This document shows, in pieces, positions 1 through 9,474 of a DNA stretch of 64,000 nt. Positions within the stretch are counted from its first letter, which is position 1. Each line of letters opens with the position of its first letter. The notes under the pieces were generated by a model that saw only the letters and a list, made by a program, of their open reading frames with translations, had not been told where the DNA came from and made no database searches. A program made the translations under genes and the position numbers. Origin of the DNA: Patescibacteria group bacterium (GTDB lineage Bacteria > Patescibacteriota > WWE3 > JAUXAW01 > JAYEID01); the NCBI GenBank assembly GCA_034659915.1, contig JAYEID010000013.1, forward strand, positions 10,627 to 74,626. The letters are read 5' to 3'.

Positions 1-7
1 ACATTAT

Positions 8-35
8 TTGGAGCTTAGGTATTAGAATTTAGTAT
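8..35 (+). promoter_or_regulatory. Conserved promoter-like module TTGGAG-16nt-TAGTAT upstream of dnaK
   Basis: TTGGAG (8-13), TAGTAT (30-35); the ATG at 48 has no SD, implying a very short leader. Confidence 0.4.
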
Positions 36-47
36 TTAAACATTATT

Positions 48-1973
48 ATGTCCAAGATTATTGGAATAGATCTAGGTACAACGAACTCAGTTATGGCTGT
101 AATGGAGGGTGGACAGCCAAAGGTGATTCCTAATGCGGAAGGAGACCGTTTAACTCCTTCTGTAGTTGATCCTGTGAAAAATATTGTAGGTGCGCAAGCA
201 AAGCGCCAGATGTTGGTTAATCCCAAAAACACTATTTACGCAATAAAGCGACTAATGGGTCGGAGGTTTGGTGATGATATGGTAACTAAGGCAATGGATA
301 TGGTTCCCTATAATATTGTGGAGGGAAAAAACAGCTTGGCTGTAGTGAAGGTGGAGGGGAAAGAATATACTCCGCAGGAAATTTCCGCAATGGTCCTTTC
401 TAAAATGAAGCGCGACGCCGAAGATTATTTGGGTGAAGAAATTTCGGAAGCAGTAATTACCGTTCCAGCCTATTTTGACGATTCTCAGCGAAACGCTACC
501 AAAGAGGCTGGTCAGATTGCTGGTTTTGAGGTAAAGCGAATTGTTAATGAGCCTACAGCTTCTAGTCTTGCTTATGGGTTGGCTGAGAAAGGCAATCAAA
601 AGATTGCAGTTTATGACCTTGGCGGGGGGACTTTTGATATTTCAATTCTTGAAATTGGTGAAGGAGTTTTTGAAGTACTTTCCACCAACGGTGATACCTT
701 TCTTGGTGGGGAGGATTTTGATGATCGAGTAATTGATTATCTTTTGGAAGAGTTTAAAAAGGAACAGGGTGTGGATCTTTCTACAGATGCGCAAGCAATG
801 CAGCGCCTTAAAGATGCGGCTGAGAAAGCAAAAATTGAGCTTTCCTCCAAACAAGAAACTAATGTAAACATACCCTACATTACAATGACCGATTCTGGTC
901 CCAAGCACCTGGATATTACCCTCACCCGTGCTAAGCTCGAGCAGCTTACTGATGATTTAGTTAAGAAAACTTTTGATCCTTGCCAAAAATCTCTGGATGA
1001 TGCCGGGCTTTCTTCGGAAGATATTGATGAAGTAATCCTGGTTGGTGGACAGACGCGTATGCCTAAGATTATTGAAGAGGTGACCGAGTTTTTTGGTAAG
1101 GAACCCCATAAAGGAGTGAATCCTGATGAGGTGGTAGGGGTTGGTGCGGCAGTGCAGGCGGGGGTGCTTAAGGGAGATGTGGAAGATGTTGTGCTCTTGG
1201 ATGTTACTCCGTTGACGCTGGGCATTGAGACTTTAGGTGGAGTAACAACCCCAATGATTGAACGAAATACTACTATTCCGACTTCCGCTTCTAAAACATT
1301 TTCTACAGCAGCAGATAATCAGACTTCTGTTGATATTCACGTCTTGCAGGGTGAAAGGGAAATGGCTGCAGATAATAAATCTTTAGGACGATTTATCTTG
1401 GACGGTATACCACCTGCACCGCGAGGAGTTCCCCAGATCGAGGTAACTTTTGATATTAATGCTGACGGTATTGTGGAAGTGAGTGCCAAAGATAAGGGAA
1501 CGGGTAAGGAGCAATCAATTAAAGTAAAAGGAGCAACAGGGCTTACTGAGGATGAGGTGGAGAAAATGAAACAAGAAGCTGAGGCACATGCAGAGGAAGA
1601 CAAGAAAAAGAGGGAAAAGGCAGAAGCGCGCAATCAAGCAGATAATGTAGCTTATACAGCGGAGCAAGCTTTGGAAAAAGCAGGTGATGAGGTGGATGAC
1701 GAAACAAAGGAAAAGATCAAAGGCATGGTAGAAGAACTTCGCGGTATGTTGGATAGTGCCAGCCCCGAGGAACTCAAGAGCAAATCCGAGGCTCTTTCTA
1801 AGGAGCTGCAAAAGATTGGAGAAGCGATTTATGGTTCGACAAGCTCACCACAGGGTGGTGAGCAAGCTAGTCCGGGTGGGGTTCAACCGGATGAGGAGGG
1901 AAGAATGTCCGGCGGTGATGAGAAGAAAGACGAAGACGAAGATGTTAAGGAAGGTGAAGTTGTAGACGAGTAA
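48..1973 (+). CDS. dnaK: Molecular chaperone DnaK (Hsp70)
   Basis: 641 aa; N-terminal [16 protein letters not shown] and the full Hsp70 ATPase and substrate-binding architecture; acidic C-terminus. Confidence 0.97.
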   Translation: MSKIIGIDLGTTNSVMAVMEGGQPKVIPNAEGDRLTPSVVDPVKNIVGAQAKRQMLVNPKNTIYAIKRLMGRRFGDDMVTKAMDMVPYNIVEGKNSLAVVKVEGKEYTPQEISAMVLSKMKRDAEDYLGEEISEAVITVPAYFDDSQRNATKEAGQIAGFEVKRIVNEPTASSLAYGLAEKGNQKIAVYDLGGGTFDISILEIGEGVFEVLSTNGDTFLGGEDFDDRVIDYLLEEFKKEQGVDLSTDAQAMQRLKDAAEKAKIELSSKQETNVNIPYITMTDSGPKHLDITLTRAKLEQLTDDLVKKTFDPCQKSLDDAGLSSEDIDEVILVGGQTRMPKIIEEVTEFFGKEPHKGVNPDEVVGVGAAVQAGVLKGDVEDVVLLDVTPLTLGIETLGGVTTPMIERNTTIPTSASKTFSTAADNQTSVDIHVLQGEREMAADNKSLGRFILDGIPPAPRGVPQIEVTFDINADGIVEVSAKDKGTGKEQSIKVKGATGLTEDEVEKMKQEAEAHAEEDKKKREKAEARNQADNVAYTAEQALEKAGDEVDDETKEKIKGMVEELRGMLDSASPEELKSKSEALSKELQKIGEAIYGSTSSPQGGEQASPGGVQPDEEGRMSGGDEKKDEDEDVKEGEVVDE

Positions 1974-2281
1974 TGAAAGATGCAATTGTCGGGGCGTGCG
2001 GTATTTGCTGCAGCGCTTGCGAGTTACATGAAAAACTTGGGTGTTTTTGTAGTTCCGGAACAGAAAAACGAGCAAAAGAGAAAGTAGAATCCAATTGGAA
2101 TGGTAAAGGTGTCTTGTGTTTGGTTTGCAAATGCGCTGTGGAGCGTGGAGTTTCCTATTGTCCTCGAGACTGTGAAGATTTCCCTTGCGAGAAATTCAGA
2201 GAATGGGACTTTCCTTATGGTGAGGCTTATTTAGATATGCACAAGCGCCGACGTGAGGAGGCTGAATCGGGAGAGAAGTAA
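1973..2281 (+). CDS. Cys-rich small protein, DUF3795-like (putative metal-binding)
   Basis: 102 aa with ~14 Cys in CGxCCxxC ... CxxCxC ... CPRDCEDFPCEKF pattern typical of DUF3795; ATG overlaps the dnaK stop (TAATG), implying translational coupling. Confidence 0.55.
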   Translation: MKDAIVGACGICCSACELHEKLGCFCSSGTEKRAKEKVESNWNGKGVLCLVCKCAVERGVSYCPRDCEDFPCEKFREWDFPYGEAYLDMHKRRREEAESGEK

Positions 2282-2393
2282 AGAGGAGTGGATCCCTCGA
2301 CTTTGCTCAGGATTAGTTCGACTTGCGAAAAGTTCTGCTTCCGACAAATCGGAACCGAACTTTTTGAGTCTCACTAAATTTATCAATTGATAA

Positions 2394-2418
2394 AGGGCGC
2401 TCCTCGCCCTTTTTTTGT
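2394..2418 (+). terminator. Rho-independent terminator candidate after the dnaK/DUF3795 pair
   Basis: GGGCG-ctcct-CGCCC hairpin followed by TTTTTTT. Confidence 0.55.
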
Positions 2419-2632
2419 ATACTTAACTCATGGTTACAATCATCTTCGAATCGCACGGGACAACTTTTGATAATGAGAACGAGATTTCTTCCGGGCACGC
2501 GAATATTTAGTTATTTTCCCCCAACAAAAACTTTTACGTTGAAATTTTGCGGAACAATATATTGGCACGGCGACCCTGCCTTTTTGGTGGACAAGCGTCG
2601 TGCGTTTATGTTGGTTTTTTTATATTATAAGC

Positions 2633-2661
2633 TTCCAAAATTTTGCAATTGTTGGTAGAAT
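2633..2661 (+). promoter_or_regulatory. Sigma70-like promoter candidate for the NUDIX gene
   Basis: TTCCAA, 17 nt spacer, TAGAAT; about 50 nt upstream of the GTG start, which has an AAGGAGG RBS. Confidence 0.3.
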
Positions 2662-2709
2662 TAATTTGTAGGCAGGTACTTAGAAGAGATTTGGAAAGGA
2701 GGTTAGCCC

Positions 2710-3201
2710 GTGGGTATTGAAGGAAATGCAAATGTTTCGTGTGGGGTTATTGTCTCGCGGGGTGAACCCCGTATAGAAGAGTGGGAAGCCCTTTTTCTTG
2801 AAAGAGAGAATGGCAAGTTTTGTTTCCCTAGTGGGCATTGGGAGGTTGGAGAAGATTTACCGGCGTGTGCGGCAAGGGAATTCTGTGAGGAGACGGGATA
2901 TGAAGTGGCGCTCTTGGGTACGGTTGGAATATATACTCTCGAGCCCAAAACTGGTGGGGTCCCCTCACTAGGGGTAGTTTACTACGGTGTGCTGGGTGAG
3001 AAAGTAGGCGAACCGGAGGGCGGGCTGTGCTGGTTGGGTACTAAAGATATGCTTCTGATGCACGCTCTAAGACACGGTCTTTTTCTGCCGTGGCTGCACT
3101 TACTTGGCTTTTTCGAAAGCTGTGCCCGCTATCCAGCGTTTTTGCCTCTGGACATCTTTTCCTCAGGTAACCTTCCCCGCAATGAGCGGGAGATTGTTTG
3201 A
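2710..3201 (+). CDS. NUDIX hydrolase
   Basis: Nudix box GHWEVGEDLPACAAREFCEETGYEV (GX5EX7REUXEEXGU); GTG start preceded by AAGGAGG. Confidence 0.8.
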   Translation: MGIEGNANVSCGVIVSRGEPRIEEWEALFLERENGKFCFPSGHWEVGEDLPACAAREFCEETGYEVALLGTVGIYTLEPKTGGVPSLGVVYYGVLGEKVGEPEGGLCWLGTKDMLLMHALRHGLFLPWLHLLGFFESCARYPAFLPLDIFSSGNLPRNEREIV

Positions 3202-3282
3202 TAAAATCACTTTAAGATCCGTAACCCGGCGCTTATTTCGAGGACCGTCGGGTTCTTTCTTTTTTGTGATATAATTTTTCCA

Positions 3283-3624
3283 ATGAACATCGTTGCTTTT
3301 TTGTTTATACTTCTTGTTCGTGGGTTGGCGGTTTTTACTGCTTCTTATGTTATACCGGGTGTGGAGATAGCCTCTTTTGGGGTGGCAGTGATTACGGCGA
3401 TTGTTCTTGGGGTTCTCAATACTTTTCTCCGTCCGATTTTGATTTTCCTCACCTTACCTGTAAATATTTTAACTTTGGGGCTTTTTACCTTGGTTATAAA
3501 TATTTTAATTATTTTGCTTACTAGCAGGCTGGTTCCAGAGTTTAGTGTTTCTGGCTTGCTGCCCGCGTTAGTTTTTAGTATTATGTTGGTACTTACCAAT
3601 TGGTTTCTGAGTTTACTCGTCTAG
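3283..3624 (+). CDS. Small integral membrane protein, DUF360/phage-holin-4-like (YvlD-like)
   Basis: 113 aa, four predicted TM helices, motif LNTFLRPILIFLTLPVNILTLGLFTLVIN typical of the DUF360 family. Confidence 0.55.
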   Translation: MNIVAFLFILLVRGLAVFTASYVIPGVEIASFGVAVITAIVLGVLNTFLRPILIFLTLPVNILTLGLFTLVINILIILLTSRLVPEFSVSGLLPALVFSIMLVLTNWFLSLLV

Positions 3625-3626
3625 TT

Positions 3627-4172
3627 ATGGGTTCCAAAGAACACGGATTTTCACTTATTCCAATAATAATCATTGCCCTGGTTTTGGTTGGTGGGGTAGC
3701 CTTTGCGGTTAATTATATTGTGAGTACAGAGAAGGTCGCGGAAATCCCTAAAGAAGAAACGACGGTCACGGAAGAAGAAGAAGCAGCAGCAGCAGAAGAA
3801 GCAGGAGCAGAAAGAGAAGAAGAGGTAAAAAACCCGCGAGAAGTAGTTGAAGAATTTTACACTTGGTATATTTCTAATGAGGGCCGCCCTCTTTCCAGTG
3901 GGGCATATAAGGAAAGCCCTTACCTAGCTCCCAGTTTCAAAGAATATTTGGATGGCGGTTACGGTCGTGGGGCGGATCTTATTCTTTGTGCGCAAGATAT
4001 TCCACCAAGTTTTGAGGTGGAAGATGTTTCTATTTCGGGTAACACTGCGCGGGTTAATCTAAGACAAGCTTTTGGACCTAGCGGGAGGATTGTGCCGGTT
4101 GAACTTGAAAAGGTGGAAGGTGAATGGCTTATTTCCGATGTCCTTTGTGCCGATGTTGAAGATGTAGAGTAG
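3627..4172 (+). CDS. Membrane-anchored hypothetical protein (DUF3828-like C-terminal domain)
   Basis: N-terminal TM helix, an E/A-rich linker, then a C-terminal globular domain. The ORF track starts at 3600, overlapping the previous gene; the ATG at 3627 just after the upstream stop is the more likely start. Confidence 0.4.
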   Translation: MGSKEHGFSLIPIIIIALVLVGGVAFAVNYIVSTEKVAEIPKEETTVTEEEEAAAAEEAGAEREEEVKNPREVVEEFYTWYISNEGRPLSSGAYKESPYLAPSFKEYLDGGYGRGADLILCAQDIPPSFEVEDVSISGNTARVNLRQAFGPSGRIVPVELEKVEGEWLISDVLCADVEDVE

Positions 4173-4425
4173 GAAACCGGATAAATAAGAACTGTTATTT
4201 TGTACTACCCCAATTAAGAGAAGATCCCGAAGGGGTGAGCACAAATTGGACTGCAAAAGATGTAATTTTTGCCATTAACAGTGATCCCGAAACCTTTTGT
4301 GAATGGATGCAAGTTAGCTGCACCGAAGAAACAACGTCTGCGACCCTACCCCCCTTTGAGGGGTAGTTTTTTTTATTAGCTATGAATTAGTTCCTACCTC
4401 CTTTGAAAATTTTTGGATAATCCCC

Positions 4426-4869
4426 TTACAAATTTCTTTTGTTTCCGAGCCTGATATCTCTGTTGACGCTCGGGCAATGAGTAACGCAAGATTGTAAAGT
4501 GCTTCGTAACTTAGTGTCAGATCGAGACCATGAACCAGTAAGAAAATGTGGGTTAGGAGAACTGCAATTCTTTTGTTTCCATTTTGGAACTGGTGGCTCC
4601 TTATTAATTAGTTGATTAAAATACGCTGCGGCAGCATCGAGTATTGTGGGATTTAGATGTTTCTTTTCGTAAGTTTGTCTAACTGAGTTAAGAATACTTT
4701 CAAGTTTTCCGGGAATCCTTGAATCAAAAGGGGGAATTGGCTCATCAAATTGGATGAGGTGGTTAAACTGTTCAAAAATATTTTTGGATATTTTTTTTGT
4801 CTTATAAACTTTGTAATTATCAGGTTTGTTGGTATAATCATTTTTACAATAGAAAGGAGACAGTGCCAA
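4426..4869 (-). CDS. Hypothetical protein (147 aa), no confident family
   Basis: Complete ORF on the minus strand with an AAAGGAG RBS. There is a weak, degenerate resemblance to a Fido/Doc motif region (AAAY...NPHFLTGSWSR), which is not convincing. Confidence 0.4.
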   Translation of the reverse strand: MALSPFYCKNDYTNKPDNYKVYKTKKISKNIFEQFNHLIQFDEPIPPFDSRIPGKLESILNSVRQTYEKKHLNPTILDAAAAYFNQLINKEPPVPKWKQKNCSSPNPHFLTGSWSRSDTKLRSTLQSCVTHCPSVNRDIRLGNKRNL

Positions 4870-4938
4870 GCGGCCCGCGGGTTATCATATAAAATTCGTG
4901 TTGGCGAGTTCTCCGTTTATACATAAGGAGGGACGGCG

Positions 4939-5973
4939 ATGTCCAGGCGCAAAAACTCGTATGCGAGTTTTGGTAAGGGGGTAGATACACTTGAATCGTG
5001 GAGCTTTGAGGAACTAAAAAGGGCGGTGCAACTACCCGAAGATTTGTTGGAATGGGAGTCAACACCGTACCGCAAGGATCAGGCAAAAAGAGTTTTGCTC
5101 GGTGCTGCGCGAGAGTTACGCCTTGCCGCTCTTCGCGTTATAGCTGAGCAGATGAGACATGTAGCCCGTCGCGGGAGCCCCTCTTGGGCTGGTAGTTCCT
5201 ATTCCCCAGCTTTGCGCAACCGGGTACTCTTTTTATTGGAACAACTGTCCTCTGAGCAATTGCCACAGCCAACTGGGGGTCTGGTCTGGCAGCAAAGGTT
5301 CGCGATTGAGGAACTTGTTCTTAATGTGTTCGCTGATGAGTGTTTCGAAAGAACTCTGTACGGCGATAGCTTTGGTAGGGAATATTTTCATGTGTTTCAG
5401 CGGATTTGGGAATGTACGATAGCCTTGCCGGAGAAGCGCTATTCACCTACACGAGAGTTTGTTGAGCTGTACGATATGTTCTGGAGGAGATTTGTCGATA
5501 AAAGCAAAGCACCTCCTTTAGGTGCTCATATGGAAATGCTCCTTCGTAAGAGAGCTTACAGCAACACCTCAGAAGAGTTTTCGGAGGAGCTAAAAGAGTT
5601 CATTGACAGCGTGTGTGCGTGGTTAATTCGAGACGAAAAGAATGATGACCTGCTTCACTACATACGCCGTTATGGATTTTCGCAGACACGGCACGTACTC
5701 GAAAGACGTTTTTGGAAGATGCTCCTCAGGGCTGCGGAGCTGAGTGTGACAGATGACGAAGACCGCACTGCTTTTATGAAAATGCCTGTTCAGTGGGTAT
5801 TCGGGAATACAGAGGCTTGTAAGCACATCTCTAACCGGGTGGTTACCTCGTGGTGTGTAATGACAAGCCGCTCCATTGATGGCGCTGTGCGCGAGCCGTT
5901 CGAGGTTCCGCAATGGGTGAAGCGGACAAAGGTTTGGCTGGAATTTGAGAAGTGTGTGGAAACCTATACTTGA
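4939..5973 (+). CDS. Hypothetical protein (344 aa), Arg/Trp-rich, no recognised domain
   Basis: Long ORF with AAGGAGG RBS (4926-4932); local GC visibly higher than neighbouring genes; followed by a hairpin and T-run terminator at 6071-6118. Confidence 0.5.
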   Translation: MSRRKNSYASFGKGVDTLESWSFEELKRAVQLPEDLLEWESTPYRKDQAKRVLLGAARELRLAALRVIAEQMRHVARRGSPSWAGSSYSPALRNRVLFLLEQLSSEQLPQPTGGLVWQQRFAIEELVLNVFADECFERTLYGDSFGREYFHVFQRIWECTIALPEKRYSPTREFVELYDMFWRRFVDKSKAPPLGAHMEMLLRKRAYSNTSEEFSEELKEFIDSVCAWLIRDEKNDDLLHYIRRYGFSQTRHVLERRFWKMLLRAAELSVTDDEDRTAFMKMPVQWVFGNTEACKHISNRVVTSWCVMTSRSIDGAVREPFEVPQWVKRTKVWLEFEKCVETYT

Positions 5974-6070
5974 AGAAAACCTTACCAACCTAAACATATA
6001 CTTGAGCGTGCCTCTTGCGCGGCCGCCGTAAAGTACGCTCTTGACTGGGAGGTAAGGAGAACGTGACCTG

Positions 6071-6118
6071 AATGCTCTTCGAGCGCAGCATGCTTCGGAG
6101 AGCATTTTTCTTTTTTCT
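6071..6118 (+). terminator. Rho-independent terminator candidate
   Basis: AATGCTCTTCGAGC-gcagcat-GCTTCGGAGAGCATT hairpin followed by TTTTCTTTTTTC. Confidence 0.5.
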
Positions 6119-6435
6119 AAGGTTCCCTGAAAAGTTATGAAAACAGGTGACGTTCGTCATGCTTCTTCGTATTTAATAGAGGGTGTCTTCTTTCTTTTGT
6201 TCTTTTTTTGGTGGGTGGTTTTTGGTATTGTTTTGGAGAGGCGGGAAGGTAGGTGATTTCTACAACCCCATCCTTTTTCGGTAATAACTCCTGTATACCA
6301 TCCCTATAGCATTCTTTTTCCGAGACTTTGGTTTGCTTGGGGTGGCGGTTCGTTTGTGTTGTTCTTTTTTAGCGACTTTGCAACGGCCGGGAGATTTGGA
6401 GTTTAGTTTGGTTTAGGTAAGAAGCAAGGGGGTTT

Positions 6436-6729
6436 ATGATGGATAGCTGTGTAGATGATGTTTTGTTAGGATTTCGGCGCTGCTTGGGGAGAGTACCACT
6501 GAGAGAAGTGGAAGCTTTCTGTGTAACTCTTGAGGAATCGGATTCTTCCGGGGTTTTTGTGGAGAAGACCCCCCTCGGAAGGGAGTCTTTACTCTATCTG
6601 GTTGCTGAGATTTTGGAAGTTGATCCAGAGGTGCTACTTGTGGAGATGCGTAACTGGGTTGCGGATGTTCGTGCTATCCAGCATCTTAAGATGGAGGAAG
6701 CGGAGAGACGTCACCAGCCTTGTATTTAG
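6436..6729 (+). CDS. Small acidic hypothetical protein (97 aa)
   Basis: ORF with AAGGGGG RBS 7 nt upstream; followed by its own terminator (6757-6800). Confidence 0.45.
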   Translation: MMDSCVDDVLLGFRRCLGRVPLREVEAFCVTLEESDSSGVFVEKTPLGRESLLYLVAEILEVDPEVLLVEMRNWVADVRAIQHLKMEEAERRHQPCI

Positions 6730-6756
6730 TTTGTATTTAGGTTGGTTTTTCCTTTT

Positions 6757-6800
6757 AGGGGGTCTAGAATCGCGCTGGGTTCTAGATTCCCTTCTTTTTT
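6757..6800 (+). terminator. Rho-independent terminator
   Basis: GGGGGTCTAGAATC-gcgctgg-GTTCTAGATTCCC hairpin followed by TTCTTTTTTAT. Confidence 0.6.
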
Positions 6801-6823
6801 ATAATTGCAAAGAAGGTATTGTG

Positions 6824-7114
6824 ATGGTAGTATCAAAGATAGAAATGAGTTTAGAAAAAGAAAAAAAGCAAGAAATAATTGAAGAATTTAGTAACCACGA
6901 GGAAGATACGGGATCTGCCGAGGTGCAGATAGCTCTTCTTACTGAAAAGATTAGTAAGCTTTCTTCGCATCTTAAAGAGCACAAGAAGGATGAGCACTCG
7001 CGGAGAGGCTTGTTAGGAATGGTTGAAAGAAGAAGGAAACTGCTTCGTCATCTTGAAAAAGAAGACGAAAAGCGGTATAATGCTCTTGTTCAGAAGTTGA
7101 AATTAAGAAAGTAG
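6824..7114 (+). CDS. rpsO: 30S ribosomal protein S15
   Basis: [49 protein letters not shown] matches S15; AAGAAGG RBS 10 nt upstream of the ATG at 6824. An alternative start at 6842 (MSLEK...) matches S15 N-termini better. The ORF-track start at 6530 is a spurious extension. Confidence 0.9.
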   Translation: MVVSKIEMSLEKEKKQEIIEEFSNHEEDTGSAEVQIALLTEKISKLSSHLKEHKKDEHSRRGLLGMVERRRKLLRHLEKEDEKRYNALVQKLKLRK

Positions 7115-7208
7115 GAATTAAGAGGTTCAATGGCATCAGTGGCGTCGGTAGGAATTTTCTACTGAGACTATTGGTTCTATTGACCTCTTTAGTTCCTCAA
7201 TAAGTTTT

Positions 7209-9329
7209 ATGTCCGAGATTGTGAAAAAAGAAATAGAATTAGCTGGAAGGACTTTGAGTCTGGAACACGGGCGTGTTGCGGAACGTGCAAATGGTGCTGT
7301 TATTGCCCAGTATGGTGATACCATGGTTTTGGTAGCAGCAACCATAGACGAACCGCGTGAAGGAATAAGTTACTTTCCTTTAAGGGTTGATTTTGTAGAG
7401 AGGCTTTATGCGGGGGGGATAATTAAGGGTTCCCGCTGGGTAAAGCGTGAGGGCCGTCCTTCTGATGAGGCTACTGTTACTGCACGGATGATTGACCGGT
7501 GTATTCGCCCCTTTTTCCCTGAAGGTATGCGTCATGATGTTCAGCTTCTTATTTTACCCCTTTCTGTTGATCAAGAAAACGATGCGGGACTTCTTGCTTC
7601 TGTCGGTGCTTCTGCGGCCCTTGCTATTTCCGATATTCCCTGGGAGGGTCCTATTGCTACTACCCGCGTTGGTTATTTAGAAAATGAAGATGAGTTCCTT
7701 TTGAATCCAACTAATGGCCAGCTTGATCAGAGTGTTATGGATCTTATTGTTTCGGCAACCGAAGAACGTGTAGTTATGTTGGAAGCAGATGCGGAGGAAG
7801 TTAGTGAAAAAAAGATTAAAGAGGGTATTGATTTTGCGCGATCTGGTCAAGATAAGATTATTGATCTTATTCACGAGATAAAGTCCGAAGTGGGTAAGGA
7901 GAAGTTAAGTTTGGAGGATTTGGGATTGGAGGAAGAGGAAGAAAGTGTGAAGCAGGCAAAGGAGGAAGTGTCCGATTACATTCGTGAGAATTTTATTGAG
8001 GAGATTTTGGAAGACGCTTTGGTTGATTCCGATGAATTGGAAAGGTACCGGAAGATTTTGTATGAGGAGTTCGAGGGCAGGCTCACAAAAAGCGATATGA
8101 GTAATCTGCTTAGTAAAGTTCTTAAAGAAGCGGTACGAGAAGATATTTTGAAAAATGAACGCCGTTTGGACGGTCGGGGGATTAAGGAAGTACGCCCCTT
8201 AGAAATGGAAATTGGGATGCTGCCCCGTACCCACGGTTCTGCGCTCTTTAAGCGCGGTTCCACGCAAGCATTAACTGTGGCTACTTTGGGTTCCCCTTCT
8301 TTGGAACAAATTTTTGAGAGTATGACTGGCGAATGGACTAAGCGTTATATTCACCATTATTCTTTCCCACCTTTCTCTGTGGGGGAAACAGCACCTCTCC
8401 ATGGTCCGGGTAGGCGGGAGATTGGCCACGGCTTGTTGGCAGAGCGTGCGCTGAGACCAGTTTTACCACCGCAGGAAGAATTTCCTTATACAATGAGACT
8501 AGTTTCGGAAATCCTTTCGTCTAACGGTTCTAGCTCAATGGCGGCTACTTGTGGTTCAACTTTAGCTCTTATGGATGCGGGTGTTCCTATCAAGACTCCT
8601 GTGGCCGGGATTGCCATGGGTTTGGTCGAAGGCCCCAAAGGCTCTTATAAGGTTGTTACGGATATGGCCGGTACGGAAGATTTCTTTGGCGATATGGATT
8701 TTAAGGTTACCGGAACACGAGACGGGGTTACTGCTATTCAGTTGGATGTAAAAAATGCAGGTTTAACCGATGAGATTATTGAGGACGCTCTACAAGGGGC
8801 ACGTGCTGCGCGGTTGGAGATTCTAGAGGATATGGCCAATGTTATCGGTGAACCAAGAAAGAGTTTGTCAGAATATGCACCCCAAATAACTAGTGTTCAG
8901 ATTGATCCGAAGAAAATTGGTAAAGTTATTGGTCCGGGGGGTAAGACTATTCGAAAAATTATTGAGGAAACCGGTGCACAGATTGATGTGGACGACGACG
9001 GTACAGTATCGATTACCGCAGACGGTTTGGAAAGTATGGAAAGCGCAAAGGAAATGATTGAGAATTTGGTTGAAGAGGTAGAAGTTGGGAAGATTTATGA
9101 AGGCAAAGTTACTCGTGTGGTTGACTTTGGTGCTTTCGTGGAGATTCTTCCTGGTCAGGAAGGTTTGGTGCATGTTTCGGAAATGGCTCACCGATTTGTA
9201 AAAGATCCTCACAATGTGTTGTCCGAAGGTGATGAGGTTGAGGTTAAGGTGACAGAGATAGATGATCGGGGTAGAATTAACCTTTCAATTAAAGCTCTAA
9301 AAGATAGACCTCACCGTGAGCGTAAGTAA
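7209..9329 (+). CDS. pnp: Polynucleotide phosphorylase (PNPase)
   Basis: 706 aa; two RNase PH domains, a KH domain (GKVIGPGGKTIRKI) and a C-terminal S1 domain; canonical rpsO-pnp arrangement. Confidence 0.97.
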   Translation: MSEIVKKEIELAGRTLSLEHGRVAERANGAVIAQYGDTMVLVAATIDEPREGISYFPLRVDFVERLYAGGIIKGSRWVKREGRPSDEATVTARMIDRCIRPFFPEGMRHDVQLLILPLSVDQENDAGLLASVGASAALAISDIPWEGPIATTRVGYLENEDEFLLNPTNGQLDQSVMDLIVSATEERVVMLEADAEEVSEKKIKEGIDFARSGQDKIIDLIHEIKSEVGKEKLSLEDLGLEEEEESVKQAKEEVSDYIRENFIEEILEDALVDSDELERYRKILYEEFEGRLTKSDMSNLLSKVLKEAVREDILKNERRLDGRGIKEVRPLEMEIGMLPRTHGSALFKRGSTQALTVATLGSPSLEQIFESMTGEWTKRYIHHYSFPPFSVGETAPLHGPGRREIGHGLLAERALRPVLPPQEEFPYTMRLVSEILSSNGSSSMAATCGSTLALMDAGVPIKTPVAGIAMGLVEGPKGSYKVVTDMAGTEDFFGDMDFKVTGTRDGVTAIQLDVKNAGLTDEIIEDALQGARAARLEILEDMANVIGEPRKSLSEYAPQITSVQIDPKKIGKVIGPGGKTIRKIIEETGAQIDVDDDGTVSITADGLESMESAKEMIENLVEEVEVGKIYEGKVTRVVDFGAFVEILPGQEGLVHVSEMAHRFVKDPHNVLSEGDEVEVKVTEIDDRGRINLSIKALKDRPHRERK

Positions 9330-9474
9330 AAGACTGCATAACTAATCTCCTTGAACATCTCTGAGGGTTCCCATAAACTAGTGACTAGATGTTAGCTTCT
9401 AAAAACTCTTCAAGTAGTAGTGGGATTGATTGGCAAGAATATTGTTTACTGGGCGGTAATTAATAACTCAATCT

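Noticed and set aside
4426-4869. Possible Fic/Doc (Fido) toxin assignment for the 147-aa minus-strand protein.
   Set aside because: The would-be motif is PHFLTGSWSR rather than HPFx(D/E)GNGR, and no antitoxin partner is evident. Kept as hypothetical.
5623-6105. 160-aa minus-strand ORF overlapping the 344-aa hypothetical gene; similar antisense ORFs inside pnp (8868-9212), rpoC (40629-41117, 42264-42644), fusA (46815-47250), tuf (48324-48650) and others.
   Set aside because: Shadow ORFs on the strand opposite to strongly supported genes; no RBS, low-complexity translations.
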